A stretch of DNA of 64,000 nt. Origin: Methanofastidiosum sp. GTDB lineage: Archaea > Methanobacteriota_B > Thermococci > Methanofastidiosales > Methanofastidiosaceae. The notes beneath the pieces are model-generated. The model was not told where the DNA came from. It saw only the letters and a list, made by a program, of their open reading frames with translations, and made no database searches. Of this stretch, positions 48,391 through 58,341 are shown one piece after another. The stretch is from positions 1,359,961 to 1,423,960 of the forward strand of contig JAXGZJ010000001.1 of the NCBI GenBank assembly GCA_040771805.1, in the 5' to 3' direction. Each line of letters starts with the position of its first letter. The stretch's first letter is position 1. Both the position numbers and the translations under genes were made by a program.

Positions 48391-49518
48391 TTATTCTCTA
48401 ATAATTTCAAGTACTGCCTCTTTTGGTACCCTTAAATGAATTAAATTTTGTTTACCGCGACCTCTAGATTGTGCCCGTTGAATATCTATGAGCTTAAGAT
48501 TTTCAAGTTTTGTTGTCACTTTTCTAAATAGTTCATATGACATTTCTCCAGATAAAATATTGAAGAAATCATTGGCTTTTGTAAATTTACCGGAATTTAA
48601 AGCTATAGTTTTTAGAACCCTTACATCAGAATTGGATAAACCATCAAAGACATTTTCAACATGAAGAAAAGAGCTTATCCGATCAATTGCCTTTTCAACA
48701 TCATCAACAGTTATTTTCCGTCTAGCTTCAAGCTCTGCTAACATTCCTGCTTCTTTTATTCCCCTTATCCCTAGCCTTAAATCTCCTTTATCAAAAGTTA
48801 TCTCCGAAATTTTATCTAAAACTTCTTCATCCATTACTCCCGGATATAGCCCGATATCACAACGATATCTAAGAATATCCGATATTGTAGATCGTGAGTA
48901 GGGCTTAAAGTGAACTTCATTTGGCATGAATACTGTTCTAATTTTTTCAGAAACTTTAAATGAAAATGCATTATCTGTAACAATTCCAATAATTCCTGTT
49001 TTAACACCAGGAAATATCTCATGTGCCCTTAGAATTTTATAAAGAATATTTTCTGCAACGTTGACATGGAATAAAAAATCAACATCATCCAATGCAACAA
49101 GTAATCTTTTATCCTTTTTTTGTAATTCTCCCATAGTATATTCATATAGTGTTGCCAAAGGTTTACCAGTTTCTACTGGAGGGTATCCAAAAATTCCTTT
49201 AAAAATTTGGGCCATTATAGAAAACTCTCGGTAATGAAACTGACAGTTAATGTAGACGGGTACGACCTCATTTGAAACTTCAGTAATATTTTTGAATAGT
49301 AACTTGACAGAGGTAGTTTTTCCAGTACCTGTTGGCCCAAGAATTATAGTATTTGTAGGGAGATCTCCTTTGATTAAGGGTTTTACATTATGGGATATAG
49401 CCTCAAGCTCATTGTCTCTAAAATTGAAAACCTCCGGTACATAACTAAGATCGAATACTTCTGGGCGTCTAAACAATGATTCGTCCCACATCAAGATATT
49501 TTTTATTTTGCTTGACAT
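48391..49518 (-). CDS. cdc6: Orc1/Cdc6 replication initiator
   Basis: YVPE...RDNE, GPTGTGKT, YINC, LDDVD, GDLR, C-terminal wHTH with RGRG. Confidence 0.92.
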   Translation of the reverse strand: MSSKIKNILMWDESLFRRPEVFDLSYVPEVFNFRDNELEAISHNVKPLIKGDLPTNTIILGPTGTGKTTSVKLLFKNITEVSNEVVPVYINCQFHYREFSIMAQIFKGIFGYPPVETGKPLATLYEYTMGELQKKDKRLLVALDDVDFLFHVNVAENILYKILRAHEIFPGVKTGIIGIVTDNAFSFKVSEKIRTVFMPNEVHFKPYSRSTISDILRYRCDIGLYPGVMDEEVLDKISEITFDKGDLRLGIRGIKEAGMLAELEARRKITVDDVEKAIDRISSFLHVENVFDGLSNSDVRVLKTIALNSGKFTKANDFFNILSGEMSYELFRKVTTKLENLKLIDIQRAQSRGRGKQNLIHLRVPKEAVLEIIRE

Positions 49519-49546
49519 AACTAAATAAAAAAATTATTTTAAGTTT

Positions 49547-49681
49547 TTATGCTTTAGCTATCTCCATAAATATGTTCGATAGTATAAAGTTTTTTTCCTT
49601 TTTTTCAGCATTTGCATGTTCTATTGCCTTTTCAATTATTAGTGGAAAAGGTACTTTTTTCAAATTATTGTTGTGTGTCAT
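49547..49681 (-). CDS. Small hypothetical protein, 44 aa, upstream of cdc6
   Basis: GGTGA RBS; MTHNNNLKKVPFPLIIEKAIEHANAEKKEKNFILSNIFMEIAKA*. Confidence 0.5.
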   Translation of the reverse strand: MTHNNNLKKVPFPLIIEKAIEHANAEKKEKNFILSNIFMEIAKA

Positions 49682-50176
49682 ACAATCACCAATTAATATA
49701 AAATTAGAAATAATATAAAGTAATCCTAGACAGAATATTTTATTTTTTATTAAATTATTAGTTTAATATTACTCAAAATAGCCAAATACCCCTAAATAAT
49801 CCTTATTTTTAGATTTTAAAAAATATTACGTATTAGAATCTTATAAAAAACAGTATTTAATCTTAAATAAATTAACATATATATGGAAGTAAAAAAAAGA
49901 GAGTCATAATAATAATTATTGTAGTATATGAAATGCTTTTATTCTCCTCTTTACACATTTTTATATTTTAGATAGTGTTATAAAAATAAAATCATGAAAA
50001 AAATTTATACAAAATTTTCGAAATAGTAACAAAGGAAAACTGCCACTACACTAATAATAAATATTGTATATCCAAATATTAATTCTACAATGTCTTCAGC
50101 TTTCAAATAATCGCCCTATTAAAATAGGATTTAGAGTAAATAAAGTTTACTATGAGATTAGTAAAAATAAAAAATA

Positions 50177-50229
50177 TGTCAGACCGCCCATCTCTCATCA
50201 TTCATCAGACGCTGTCGGTTTCCTCATCC
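50177..50229 (-). ncRNA. C/D box guide sRNA
   Basis: Minus strand: C ATGAGGA, 12-nt guide AACCGACAGCGT, D' CTGA, TGA, C' ATGATGA, 12-nt guide GAGATGGGCGGT, D CTGA. Confidence 0.88.
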
Positions 50230-51447
50230 ATACATGCCAATAAGTGAATTATTTGGATATTCCGATGATGTAATTCTAGATACTGAACATTTAAAGTCTT
50301 CGGAAGTTACGTAATCTCGATCATCTCTTATAGCAGCCATTCCAGCCTCTGTGCATAGAGACCTAATCTCTGCACCAGATAAACCATCTATTATATCAAT
50401 AATTTCTGAATAATCAAGATTTTTGATATTCATGTTTCTTGAATGGATTTTGAATATATCCAAACATCCATCTTTTGTAGGCGGAGGTATTTCAATTAGC
50501 CTATCAAATCTACCAGGGCGTAGAAGTGCGGGATCTAATATATCAACCCTATTTGTAGCTCCCAATATCTTAACTTGCCCTCTCGAATCAAATCCGTCAA
50601 GTTCAGCTAAAAGTTGCATCATCGTTCTTGCAACTTCCCTATCTCCACTTATACCAGTATCTACACGTCTTGCCCCTATAGCATCAATTTCATCAATAAA
50701 TAAAATTGAAGGAGATTTTTCTCTTGCGAGATTAAAAACTTCTCGCACCATTCTTGCTCCTTCTCCAATATACTTTCTAACAAATTCCGATCCTACGACT
50801 CTAATAAAAGTGGAATCAGTTTCATTGGCAACAGCTTTAACGATTAAAGTCTTACCGTTTCCGGGGGGGCCATACAGTAGTACTCCGTTTGGAGGATCTA
50901 TTCCGACTTTATCAAATAATTCGGGTTTTTTAAGAGGTAGCTCTACAGTCTCTTTTATTTTATTTATTTGATCTCTTAATCCACCAATTTCACAATATGT
51001 AACTCCAGTTTTATCTAAAACTTCCATTCCACAAACTTCTGGATCTTTTGTAGAAGGCAATACTTCCATTATTGAAAGGTTTCTTTGATTGCAAGCTACT
51101 AATGCGCCAGGAACTAGATCTTTCATATCTACATTAGAACATGCGCCCACTACAAACTTGGGCCCGCTAGAGCTTTTTATAATTATTTTGGAAGGATCTA
51201 TTGCTTCAACCACAACACCCGTGATTAATGGAGGTGCATTCAATCTATCCAGTTCTTTTTTGAGATTTTCATTCTCTTTTTCCAATCTAATTTTTTCCGT
51301 AATAAAACTTCTATTTTGAATTTCTAAAAGCTTTAATCTTTCTATTATTTTATCATTATATTGAACATCATTCTCATAAACATCTTCTTCGTCAAGTCTC
51401 TTTGTCCGATACTTAATACTACTGTCCACTATTAGCACCCCGAACAT
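50224..51447 (-). CDS. pan: Proteasome-activating nucleotidase
   Basis: N-terminal coiled coil, GPPGNGKT, KYIGEGAR, FIDEID, LLRPGRFDR. Confidence 0.95.
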   Translation of the reverse strand: MFGVLIVDSSIKYRTKRLDEEDVYENDVQYNDKIIERLKLLEIQNRSFITEKIRLEKENENLKKELDRLNAPPLITGVVVEAIDPSKIIIKSSSGPKFVVGACSNVDMKDLVPGALVACNQRNLSIMEVLPSTKDPEVCGMEVLDKTGVTYCEIGGLRDQINKIKETVELPLKKPELFDKVGIDPPNGVLLYGPPGNGKTLIVKAVANETDSTFIRVVGSEFVRKYIGEGARMVREVFNLAREKSPSILFIDEIDAIGARRVDTGISGDREVARTMMQLLAELDGFDSRGQVKILGATNRVDILDPALLRPGRFDRLIEIPPPTKDGCLDIFKIHSRNMNIKNLDYSEIIDIIDGLSGAEIRSLCTEAGMAAIRDDRDYVTSEDFKCSVSRITSSEYPNNSLIGMYG

Positions 51448-51605
51448 AATATATTAGATTTCACTGATTTATAAATGTTTCTGCATTGAGTATCATTGGT
51501 GTGAGAAATATTTTAAAAAAAACTTACAATAGTGGATATCACTTTTAATAAGAGACAGAAGTTCAAAACCCTTATAAATATTGATATTGAAAAACTATTG
51601 ATAAG

Positions 51606-52097
51606 ATGATATGTGAAATATGTGGCAAAATTATACATGGAAAAGTGTTCAATATTAAAGTTGAAAGTGCCAGCATAAAAGTTTGTGATAAATGTTCAAG
51701 ATTTGGAGTAGATCATCAAAGTTGGTCAAAGTATGGCAAAGGTGATATAGGTTCAGAAGGGATAGCCTTACCTTTGAAGTCTCGGATAAGTGCACCAGTT
51801 AAAATGAAAGAAGAATATACGTTAGTAGAGGACTATCACAAAGTAATAAAGGATGCTCGAGAAGCAAAAGGATGGTCACAGAAAGATCTCGCTAGAAAAA
51901 TGAATGAAAAAGAATCTATTATACACCATATTGAAACAGAAGGTTTTGCCCTTTCTAATGAGTTAATACAAAAATTAGAGAAGATTTTGAACATTAAATT
52001 AAAAGATAAATCTGATGAAGTCATAAACATATCTAAGTCAAAACAAAATTTAAAGGAAACAACAATAGGCGATATAATCAAGATAAAGAAAAAGTGA
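51606..52097 (+). CDS. mbf1: Archaeal multiprotein bridging factor MBF1
   Basis: CEICG...CDKC ribbon, AREAKGWSQKDLA HTH, TIGD; divergent from pan. Confidence 0.92.
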   Translation: MICEICGKIIHGKVFNIKVESASIKVCDKCSRFGVDHQSWSKYGKGDIGSEGIALPLKSRISAPVKMKEEYTLVEDYHKVIKDAREAKGWSQKDLARKMNEKESIIHHIETEGFALSNELIQKLEKILNIKLKDKSDEVINISKSKQNLKETTIGDIIKIKKK

Positions 52098-53223
52098 GAT
52101 AATCTAAGAATACTGTTGCATATTCTCCTTTATAAAGAAAAAACATAAAGTTAGCCTTATTTTCATCAATTTTATATGAAAGATCCTTATACTTTCCTAA
52201 GATGTTTCTATATGCGCCATTTGATGCTAAAAAAGGAGCCTCTTTAACTTGAAAATTCATTCTACTAATTCCGTCTTTTTCCAAAATATCAACTAATAAT
52301 CTCCCTAAGATAGATTTGGGAATAAGCGAATTAAATCCCACTAACGGACCTATAACGTTAATATTGCCTTTTTTTATTCCATCCTTAATCCTTTCTATAT
52401 TGGACTTTGTTGCCTGTGTTCTATGATAGTTTCCTTCTTTTTCCATAGAAACTAAATCACCAATCTCGACATCATTAATAGGAACTTCCTTTATCCGATC
52501 TAAAAGTGCGTCATTGAATATCTTTGCTTGGTATGCATGAACAAAAAGGGAATAAGTTGAAGGAGGGAGTATTGAAAAAGCTTTTGAGTAATTGGAAGAC
52601 TTTGACAAATACTCTAAAATATACCTCTCATTTCTCAACTTGGGGTAATATTCAAGTGCTTTAGCATACTTCCCTTCTATAATCAATTCATTTAGCTCTG
52701 AAGAAAGATTATCCTTTATTAAATATTTTTCAACTGCTTCCTTGAATTCTCCTCTTAAGATAAATCTACCTACTTCTTCGTTTCCTCCAAATCTCTGTTC
52801 TCCAAAAAGATTTGGAAATCCAAAATTTTTTTCAATTTCTTGAATATTGGATTGTACAACATTTTCAAAATTTTCTGGAATATTTCTAACAAGGATGTTG
52901 AAATTATTTCCTACTAAGTCACCTATATTAATCTTCTGCCCTTCAGAAAAATCGGATAATTCTACACAATTGATAGTAATTCCCTCTAGTATATCCCTAT
53001 AATGTTTATCAACGGAAAAATACTGGGTGGTAACTGCATGTCTATCCTTAAGTCCCGCAAATCCAAATTTTCCAAAAGGTATTCCAGTCTTCTTTGAAAT
53101 TTCATGAATTACATCTATCGTATCTCGATTAGTTTTTTTCACTTTAAATACTAGGTATTTTCCATTTTTAATATCTATTACTTCATCTACTTGAAAATCC
53201 TCAGGATACTTCTTTATTTCCAT
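52078..53223 (-). CDS. truD: tRNA pseudouridine(13) synthase
   Basis: PEDFQV.E, FAGLKDRHAVTTQ, GNNF, PN.FGEQRFG, G.YAT. Confidence 0.93.
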   Translation of the reverse strand: MEIKKYPEDFQVDEVIDIKNGKYLVFKVKKTNRDTIDVIHEISKKTGIPFGKFGFAGLKDRHAVTTQYFSVDKHYRDILEGITINCVELSDFSEGQKINIGDLVGNNFNILVRNIPENFENVVQSNIQEIEKNFGFPNLFGEQRFGGNEEVGRFILRGEFKEAVEKYLIKDNLSSELNELIIEGKYAKALEYYPKLRNERYILEYLSKSSNYSKAFSILPPSTYSLFVHAYQAKIFNDALLDRIKEVPINDVEIGDLVSMEKEGNYHRTQATKSNIERIKDGIKKGNINVIGPLVGFNSLIPKSILGRLLVDILEKDGISRMNFQVKEAPFLASNGAYRNILGKYKDLSYKIDENKANFMFFLYKGEYATVFLDYLTFSLS

Positions 53224-53233
53224 GAGCGCAGCC

Positions 53234-53887
53234 CTAATTAACCCTAGTACTTATTTCGGTTAAGGTAAAAAAATCTCCGATGCCAGTCCACCTAACTCTC
53301 AAAGGTCCACTGTATAATCCAGATGATTGTGTGCTCAAAATTACTTCAAAATTTAATGTTTGATGTGGACCAAGAGAATCTATTGAAATTTCGTTATTGA
53401 TTAGCCTTGCTCTTGGATCTGTTACTCTTACTACTTGAAATCCTCTCATATAAGATTCAGGTAATGAAATTCTAATATTTTGAGCATTTTCATTCGCAGT
53501 ATTTGTTAAATTGAAGGCAATCCGGACATTATCACTTGGATGCAAAATTGAAGAGGTCCATTGAACTTCACTAGATACCCAGATTACAGGGATATCCCAC
53601 GACTTAAGTTGAAGTTGTAAAACTTCATTTTTCTTCAATAAATCTTGAATTTGAGAGGTATAGTTTCTAATAACAGAATCATATTGAGATTTAGCAACTT
53701 CAAGTACGGCAATCTTATTTTCAAGGATTGTTTGTTGGCTTTGAAGTCTTGTTATGTCTTGATTAAGTGTGGTTATTTTTTGACTGAGCATGGTATTTTG
53801 AGTATTTAGAAGACTAACGTTATAAACTGCTACTGCAAGCCCTACAGCCAAAATAAATGTAGCAACTACAAATACTTCTTTTTGCAT
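53234..53887 (-). CDS. Membrane-anchored coiled-coil plus Ig-like domain protein
   Basis: N-terminal TM, heptad region, FNLTNT..ENAQNI Ig-like end. Confidence 0.7.
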   Translation of the reverse strand: MQKEVFVVATFILAVGLAVAVYNVSLLNTQNTMLSQKITTLNQDITRLQSQQTILENKIAVLEVAKSQYDSVIRNYTSQIQDLLKKNEVLQLQLKSWDIPVIWVSSEVQWTSSILHPSDNVRIAFNLTNTANENAQNIRISLPESYMRGFQVVRVTDPRARLINNEISIDSLGPHQTLNFEVILSTQSSGLYSGPLRVRWTGIGDFFTLTEISTRVN

Positions 53888-53894
53888 AAAATCC

Positions 53895-54740
53895 CTACCT
53901 AATTATATTGACAACAAAGTCCATTATGATTCTACCAAATCCTTCTGGCAATGAGTCCATTAGGATAAGAGTCATATTTTTGTTATAAACTTTTATTTTG
54001 TCCTCCCTATATAGTCTAAGTATTTTATAATATATATCTTTTCTTGTTGTCTTATCATATTTGGCTTGATCAAGTAAGCTTATAGATATTTCTCCAATTA
54101 TCTTGCTTTTTACCCTCCAAAGACTTGCCTCAGGTATATCTCTTATACTTGTAGGATCAACTATTGGAAATGCTTTTCCTTGAAGAATCTGCTTAGCCAT
54201 GATGCCATTAACATCTCCTTTTGCAATAATATCCCGTTTTAATCCAAGTATGAGAATCTGTTGATTGAAATCAACGGGGACATCTCCAACAACATCAACC
54301 AATTCTTTTAATGTTTCAGAATCTATAACAACAACTCTGTGTATATCAATCTTTGATTGATCTTTTGAAATCTCTTTAGCATATTCGATTCCTTGTTTTA
54401 TGTCATGAGCTTTAATCAATGAGTTGTTTATATTTATTCCTAGATAGTTTAAAGTAGTGTTCGTTGATAAAGGGTCTATATCAATGCTATTTCCTTTAGA
54501 TCTTAGATTTGAGAATGTGATAATTGAAGACACTTCAACTAAGCCTGGATCCCCTTTTTCCTCATCTACAAAAAGGAAAAGTACATTTTCATTACCAAGC
54601 TTGTAGACGTCACAAAAAATCACAGTAAACATTAAACCCAGCAATAAAACTATAAGTATGAAGATTTTCCACTTTTTAGTTTTTTTCTTAGATTCCTGTT
54701 TTGGAGTTTCACCATTATTTTTTTTCATCTTTCTCACCAA
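53895..54740 (-). CDS. Membrane-anchored hypothetical protein (possibly LCP/DUF4012-like)
   Basis: Basic N-terminus, TM, VVVID...L.ELVD.VG.V motif. Confidence 0.6.
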   Translation of the reverse strand: MVRKMKKNNGETPKQESKKKTKKWKIFILIVLLLGLMFTVIFCDVYKLGNENVLFLFVDEEKGDPGLVEVSSIITFSNLRSKGNSIDIDPLSTNTTLNYLGININNSLIKAHDIKQGIEYAKEISKDQSKIDIHRVVVIDSETLKELVDVVGDVPVDFNQQILILGLKRDIIAKGDVNGIMAKQILQGKAFPIVDPTSIRDIPEASLWRVKSKIIGEISISLLDQAKYDKTTRKDIYYKILRLYREDKIKVYNKNMTLILMDSLPEGFGRIIMDFVVNIIR

Positions 54741-54800
54741 TGTCTCTTAATTGCCCCTAATTCCTAAAAATATTTAAGACTACCTATTACAAGTACTATT

Positions 54801-55742
54801 ATGAAGATACTTTGCCCTAATTGTAGGGCCGCTATCATTTTCAAGGGCGATGAAAAATACTTAAGTTGTCTAAATTGTAAGTTAAAGATAAAGATGCCTA
54901 GGAAAAAAGACTCTATAAAGATAGAGCCAAATCTTATTGAAAAATGTTCTATCTGTGAAAAGATAATAAAAGCTTCCAAAAATAAAAGAAGATGTCCTGT
55001 TTGTGGGCAAAAGGTATGCTCTTCTTGTTGGAATTATTCTAGACTTGTCTGTAAAAAGTGCCTTGAAGAGGGCATAACTACAAGACCACTTTATACTTTA
55101 AAAGAGAGAAGTTCAAGACCTAAGCTATTTCTAAGAGAAGAGTTCATAGAAGAAATAAAAGAAAAAGAAATAACTTCAATTTCTCTCAAGATTAAAAATT
55201 TAGGAAACGAAGATGCCCTATATGTAAAGGCAGATATAAGATCCTCTCCAAATGTCACAACAATTGAGTCTGCAGACATAGGTAAAATAGAAATAGAAAA
55301 AGAAAAGAAATGTATATTGAGATTCACCCCGAAATATAGTGGTGAGGGATATATAGAGATTCTTCTGAGCTATGAAGATTATGAAAAAAACAAGTTTTTT
55401 GAAAGTATAAAAACAAAGTTTGAAATTAAAGAAAAAAAGAAACGTAGCGATGGGACGTGGAATTATCAAAAATGGGAATATCGTTCAAAAAATGAAAGAC
55501 AAAGAGAAAAGCCAATAATAAAAGAAGGTGATTCTCTAGAAGTGTTGTTAAAAAAATTTGGATGTCCTCCTGATGCAACAATCGAAGAAATAAAAAAGAG
55601 AAAGAAGATATTAAATATGATGTTCCATCCAGACTTTAATGTAAATAAACCTGATCAAGTTAAGAAAGAAATGGAAGATATGCTTAAGGAGATAAATGAA
55701 ACTTATCAAAAAATTTTAATTAAAAAGGGAGATTTAAAATAA
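54801..55742 (+). CDS. Zn-finger / Ig-like / C-terminal J-domain protein
   Basis: Several CxxC pairs; DATIEEIKKR....MFHPD....EINETYQ. Confidence 0.78.
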   Translation: MKILCPNCRAAIIFKGDEKYLSCLNCKLKIKMPRKKDSIKIEPNLIEKCSICEKIIKASKNKRRCPVCGQKVCSSCWNYSRLVCKKCLEEGITTRPLYTLKERSSRPKLFLREEFIEEIKEKEITSISLKIKNLGNEDALYVKADIRSSPNVTTIESADIGKIEIEKEKKCILRFTPKYSGEGYIEILLSYEDYEKNKFFESIKTKFEIKEKKKRSDGTWNYQKWEYRSKNERQREKPIIKEGDSLEVLLKKFGCPPDATIEEIKKRKKILNMMFHPDFNVNKPDQVKKEMEDMLKEINETYQKILIKKGDLK

Positions 55743-55843
55743 ACTAACGCATTACTCTAAAATCAATACATAAATTATTGAATTAGTTGAATATTATGTT
55801 TACCCTTTACAAATATTGGAATTTTTTTTAATTTAGCTGTAGG

Positions 55844-56434
55844 ATGAAAAGTATGGTTCATAAATTCAATATTAAAGAAATGCACAAATTAGATTCTTTT
55901 GAAAGAAGAAAAGTACTGCCTCCGGAAGAAATTTTAATTAAAGCCGGCCTGAAAAATAAAGATATCTTCATAGATATTGGGTGTGGAATAGGTTATTTTT
56001 CAATACCTGCTTCTAGGATTATAGGAGAGGGAGGTAAGGTATTTGCCCTAGATACTTCTAGTGAAATGTTAGAGGAATTTGAAAAGAGAATAAATGAAAG
56101 AAATATAAAAAATATTACGCCAATTCTTTCTGATCCTTATAAATTTCCTTTAGAATCTAATGTCGGAACATTTGCATTAATTTCGAATGTTCTTCATGAA
56201 GTTGAGGATAAAGTAAGCTTTCTAAACGAAACAAACAGAGTTCTACGTGTATGTGGAATACTTTGCATAATCGAATGGCAAAAAAGGAAAACAGATAGAG
56301 GGCCTCCCTTGGAAGATAGAATAGATGAATCTGAAATAAAAAATTTATTAGAAAAAACTAATTACAAACTAATTAATAAATATTTAATAGGAGAGTTATA
56401 CTCTCTTTATATATCAAGGAAGTTAATTAAATAA
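55844..56434 (+). CDS. Class I SAM-dependent methyltransferase
   Basis: DIGCGIGYF, VFALD, VLHE, RVL..G...IIEW. Confidence 0.9.
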   Translation: MKSMVHKFNIKEMHKLDSFERRKVLPPEEILIKAGLKNKDIFIDIGCGIGYFSIPASRIIGEGGKVFALDTSSEMLEEFEKRINERNIKNITPILSDPYKFPLESNVGTFALISNVLHEVEDKVSFLNETNRVLRVCGILCIIEWQKRKTDRGPPLEDRIDESEIKNLLEKTNYKLINKYLIGELYSLYISRKLIK

Positions 56435-56843
56435 GTTATAAGGGATATGCCATCTTCTTGTTAAATTTTTTCCAATTATGACTTTAATACACAAATATCA
56501 AATTTAACTGTAATCAAATATTTAAACGTTAGATGTTTCACAAACTAGTTGTGTTCTTAATTTTAATTTCAATAATCTTACAAACATATTCTTCAAAATA
56601 ATTAGTATAGATTTTAAAAAGTATAATTTCATAGTTCAAATTTTTTTAAAAAAACTGTTTTTGAATGTGTCTTAAATATCAAATTATAATAGTTTGTAGC
56701 CCTAAATTTCTCTAATGGTTTCAACTGTATCAACGTTTTAATATTAAATTTAATTATTCTGCCTCTTTAAGATATTTGATAGTATATTTGTTGTCAAGTC
56801 TTATAGCTTGTAATAAAAAGTCAAATAAGAACTACAGATACCT

Positions 56844-57428
56844 TCACATATCTTTTCTTAAAGATTTAAAGGATCCTATGGGCCTCTTTTTTTTAAATGG
56901 AATACCTACAAATCTATCTTCACTAACAGATTTAACATCTTCTACTGAAACAAAAGAATCAGGGATATACTTGTTAATTGCATCATATATCATGTCTAGT
57001 TTTTTTCGTTTAACTACTGTAAAAAGAATCTTTACATTTCCTTTTATTCCTTTGGCATCAATTATGGTAACTCCACATTTTTCTTTCTTTAAAAATTTAA
57101 GGAAATCATCAGTTTTTTCTTTTGTTATAATTCTTGCAATCACATGCCCAACAGCAAGCCTTTCCTCAATCACGATTCCAACATAATTTCCCGCTGCAAA
57201 TCCTGCTGCATACGATATATAATGTATGACACTGTTTACATTTTGCATTACCTGGCCGATTACATTAATCCAGATAAAAACTTCAAAAAATCCTACTAAT
57301 GGCGCAAGTTTCTTAAGATTTTTTGATACGAAAATAATCCTCATAGTTCCTAAGCTAACATCGGCCACCCTTGCAAGAAAAATTAATACGGGTAAAACCC
57401 AAAACATCAAATTCATCCAAGTCCCCAT
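56844..57428 (-). CDS. UPF0316/DUF2179 membrane protein
   Basis: IFLARV.DVSLGTMR, GFFEV, YAAGFAAGNYVG. Confidence 0.9.
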   Translation of the reverse strand: MGTWMNLMFWVLPVLIFLARVADVSLGTMRIIFVSKNLKKLAPLVGFFEVFIWINVIGQVMQNVNSVIHYISYAAGFAAGNYVGIVIEERLAVGHVIARIITKEKTDDFLKFLKKEKCGVTIIDAKGIKGNVKILFTVVKRKKLDMIYDAINKYIPDSFVSVEDVKSVSEDRFVGIPFKKKRPIGSFKSLRKDM

Positions 57429-57567
57429 CAGTAGAACTAATAATTAGTATAAAAGTATTTATGTAGTAGTCCAAATACATGTAAAAAAGTTACTCATAAG
57501 TCATTATTATTTCTTACAAGTCGAAATATTTTTAAACGATTATTCAATTAATTAAAATGAGAGCGTT

Positions 57568-58206
57568 ATGCCTAAAGTATTTCCAGAATACAGAGAAGAA
57601 GCAAAAAATAGAATAATAAAGCAATCTGTAAAGTTCTTTTCTGAAAAAGGATATTATAAAACGAAGATGGCTGAAATTGCAGAGTGTCTTGGGGTTAGCA
57701 AAGGGGCAATATATCAGTATTTTAAAAGTAAAGAAGAACTTTTTTTGGAAGTAATAAAATTTTATGTCGAATACACTCAAAAAGATTTAGTGACATTTTT
57801 GAATTCAAGACCTCCCCAAGACATATCTACGGATGAATTTTTTGACATTATGTTTAACTTAGAGCAGTCTGCATCATTTGAAAATTTTAAAATATTGGAC
57901 AAATTATTCCCTCCTCTTGACTTTAATTTGGCAATGTCTGAGCTCATGACAAGTAATCCTTTGATGAAAGAAGAAATGACAAAATACTACAAAGATTCAA
58001 TTAAACTAATGGCAGACTACTTTGAAAGTTATAAGACAAAAGGATTGATAAAAAAAGATATTGATAGTTTTTCTCTTTCAATGGGAATAACTTCTATCCA
58101 AGATGGACTCATGGCAGCTATGCAAATGGGAATTGAAATTTCTGATATAAGAAAATCGTGGAAAGAAATAACTAAAATGATTTTAAAAAGCACGTTAGTT
58201 AAATAA
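57568..58206 (+). CDS. TetR/AcrR family regulator
   Basis: F.EKGY..T.M.EIA..LGVSKGAIYQYFKSKEELF. Confidence 0.92.
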   Translation: MPKVFPEYREEAKNRIIKQSVKFFSEKGYYKTKMAEIAECLGVSKGAIYQYFKSKEELFLEVIKFYVEYTQKDLVTFLNSRPPQDISTDEFFDIMFNLEQSASFENFKILDKLFPPLDFNLAMSELMTSNPLMKEEMTKYYKDSIKLMADYFESYKTKGLIKKDIDSFSLSMGITSIQDGLMAAMQMGIEISDIRKSWKEITKMILKSTLVK

Positions 58207-58341
58207 TATTTTAATTTTAAATTTGAACTTACAAGTCTTCATTAAGAGTTCTGTCAAAATATTTCAAACTCCATAGCTTTATCTTAAATTTTAAAAAGTA
58301 TACTAAATCCTTATATATAAAATCGACACATATCGTTACTT

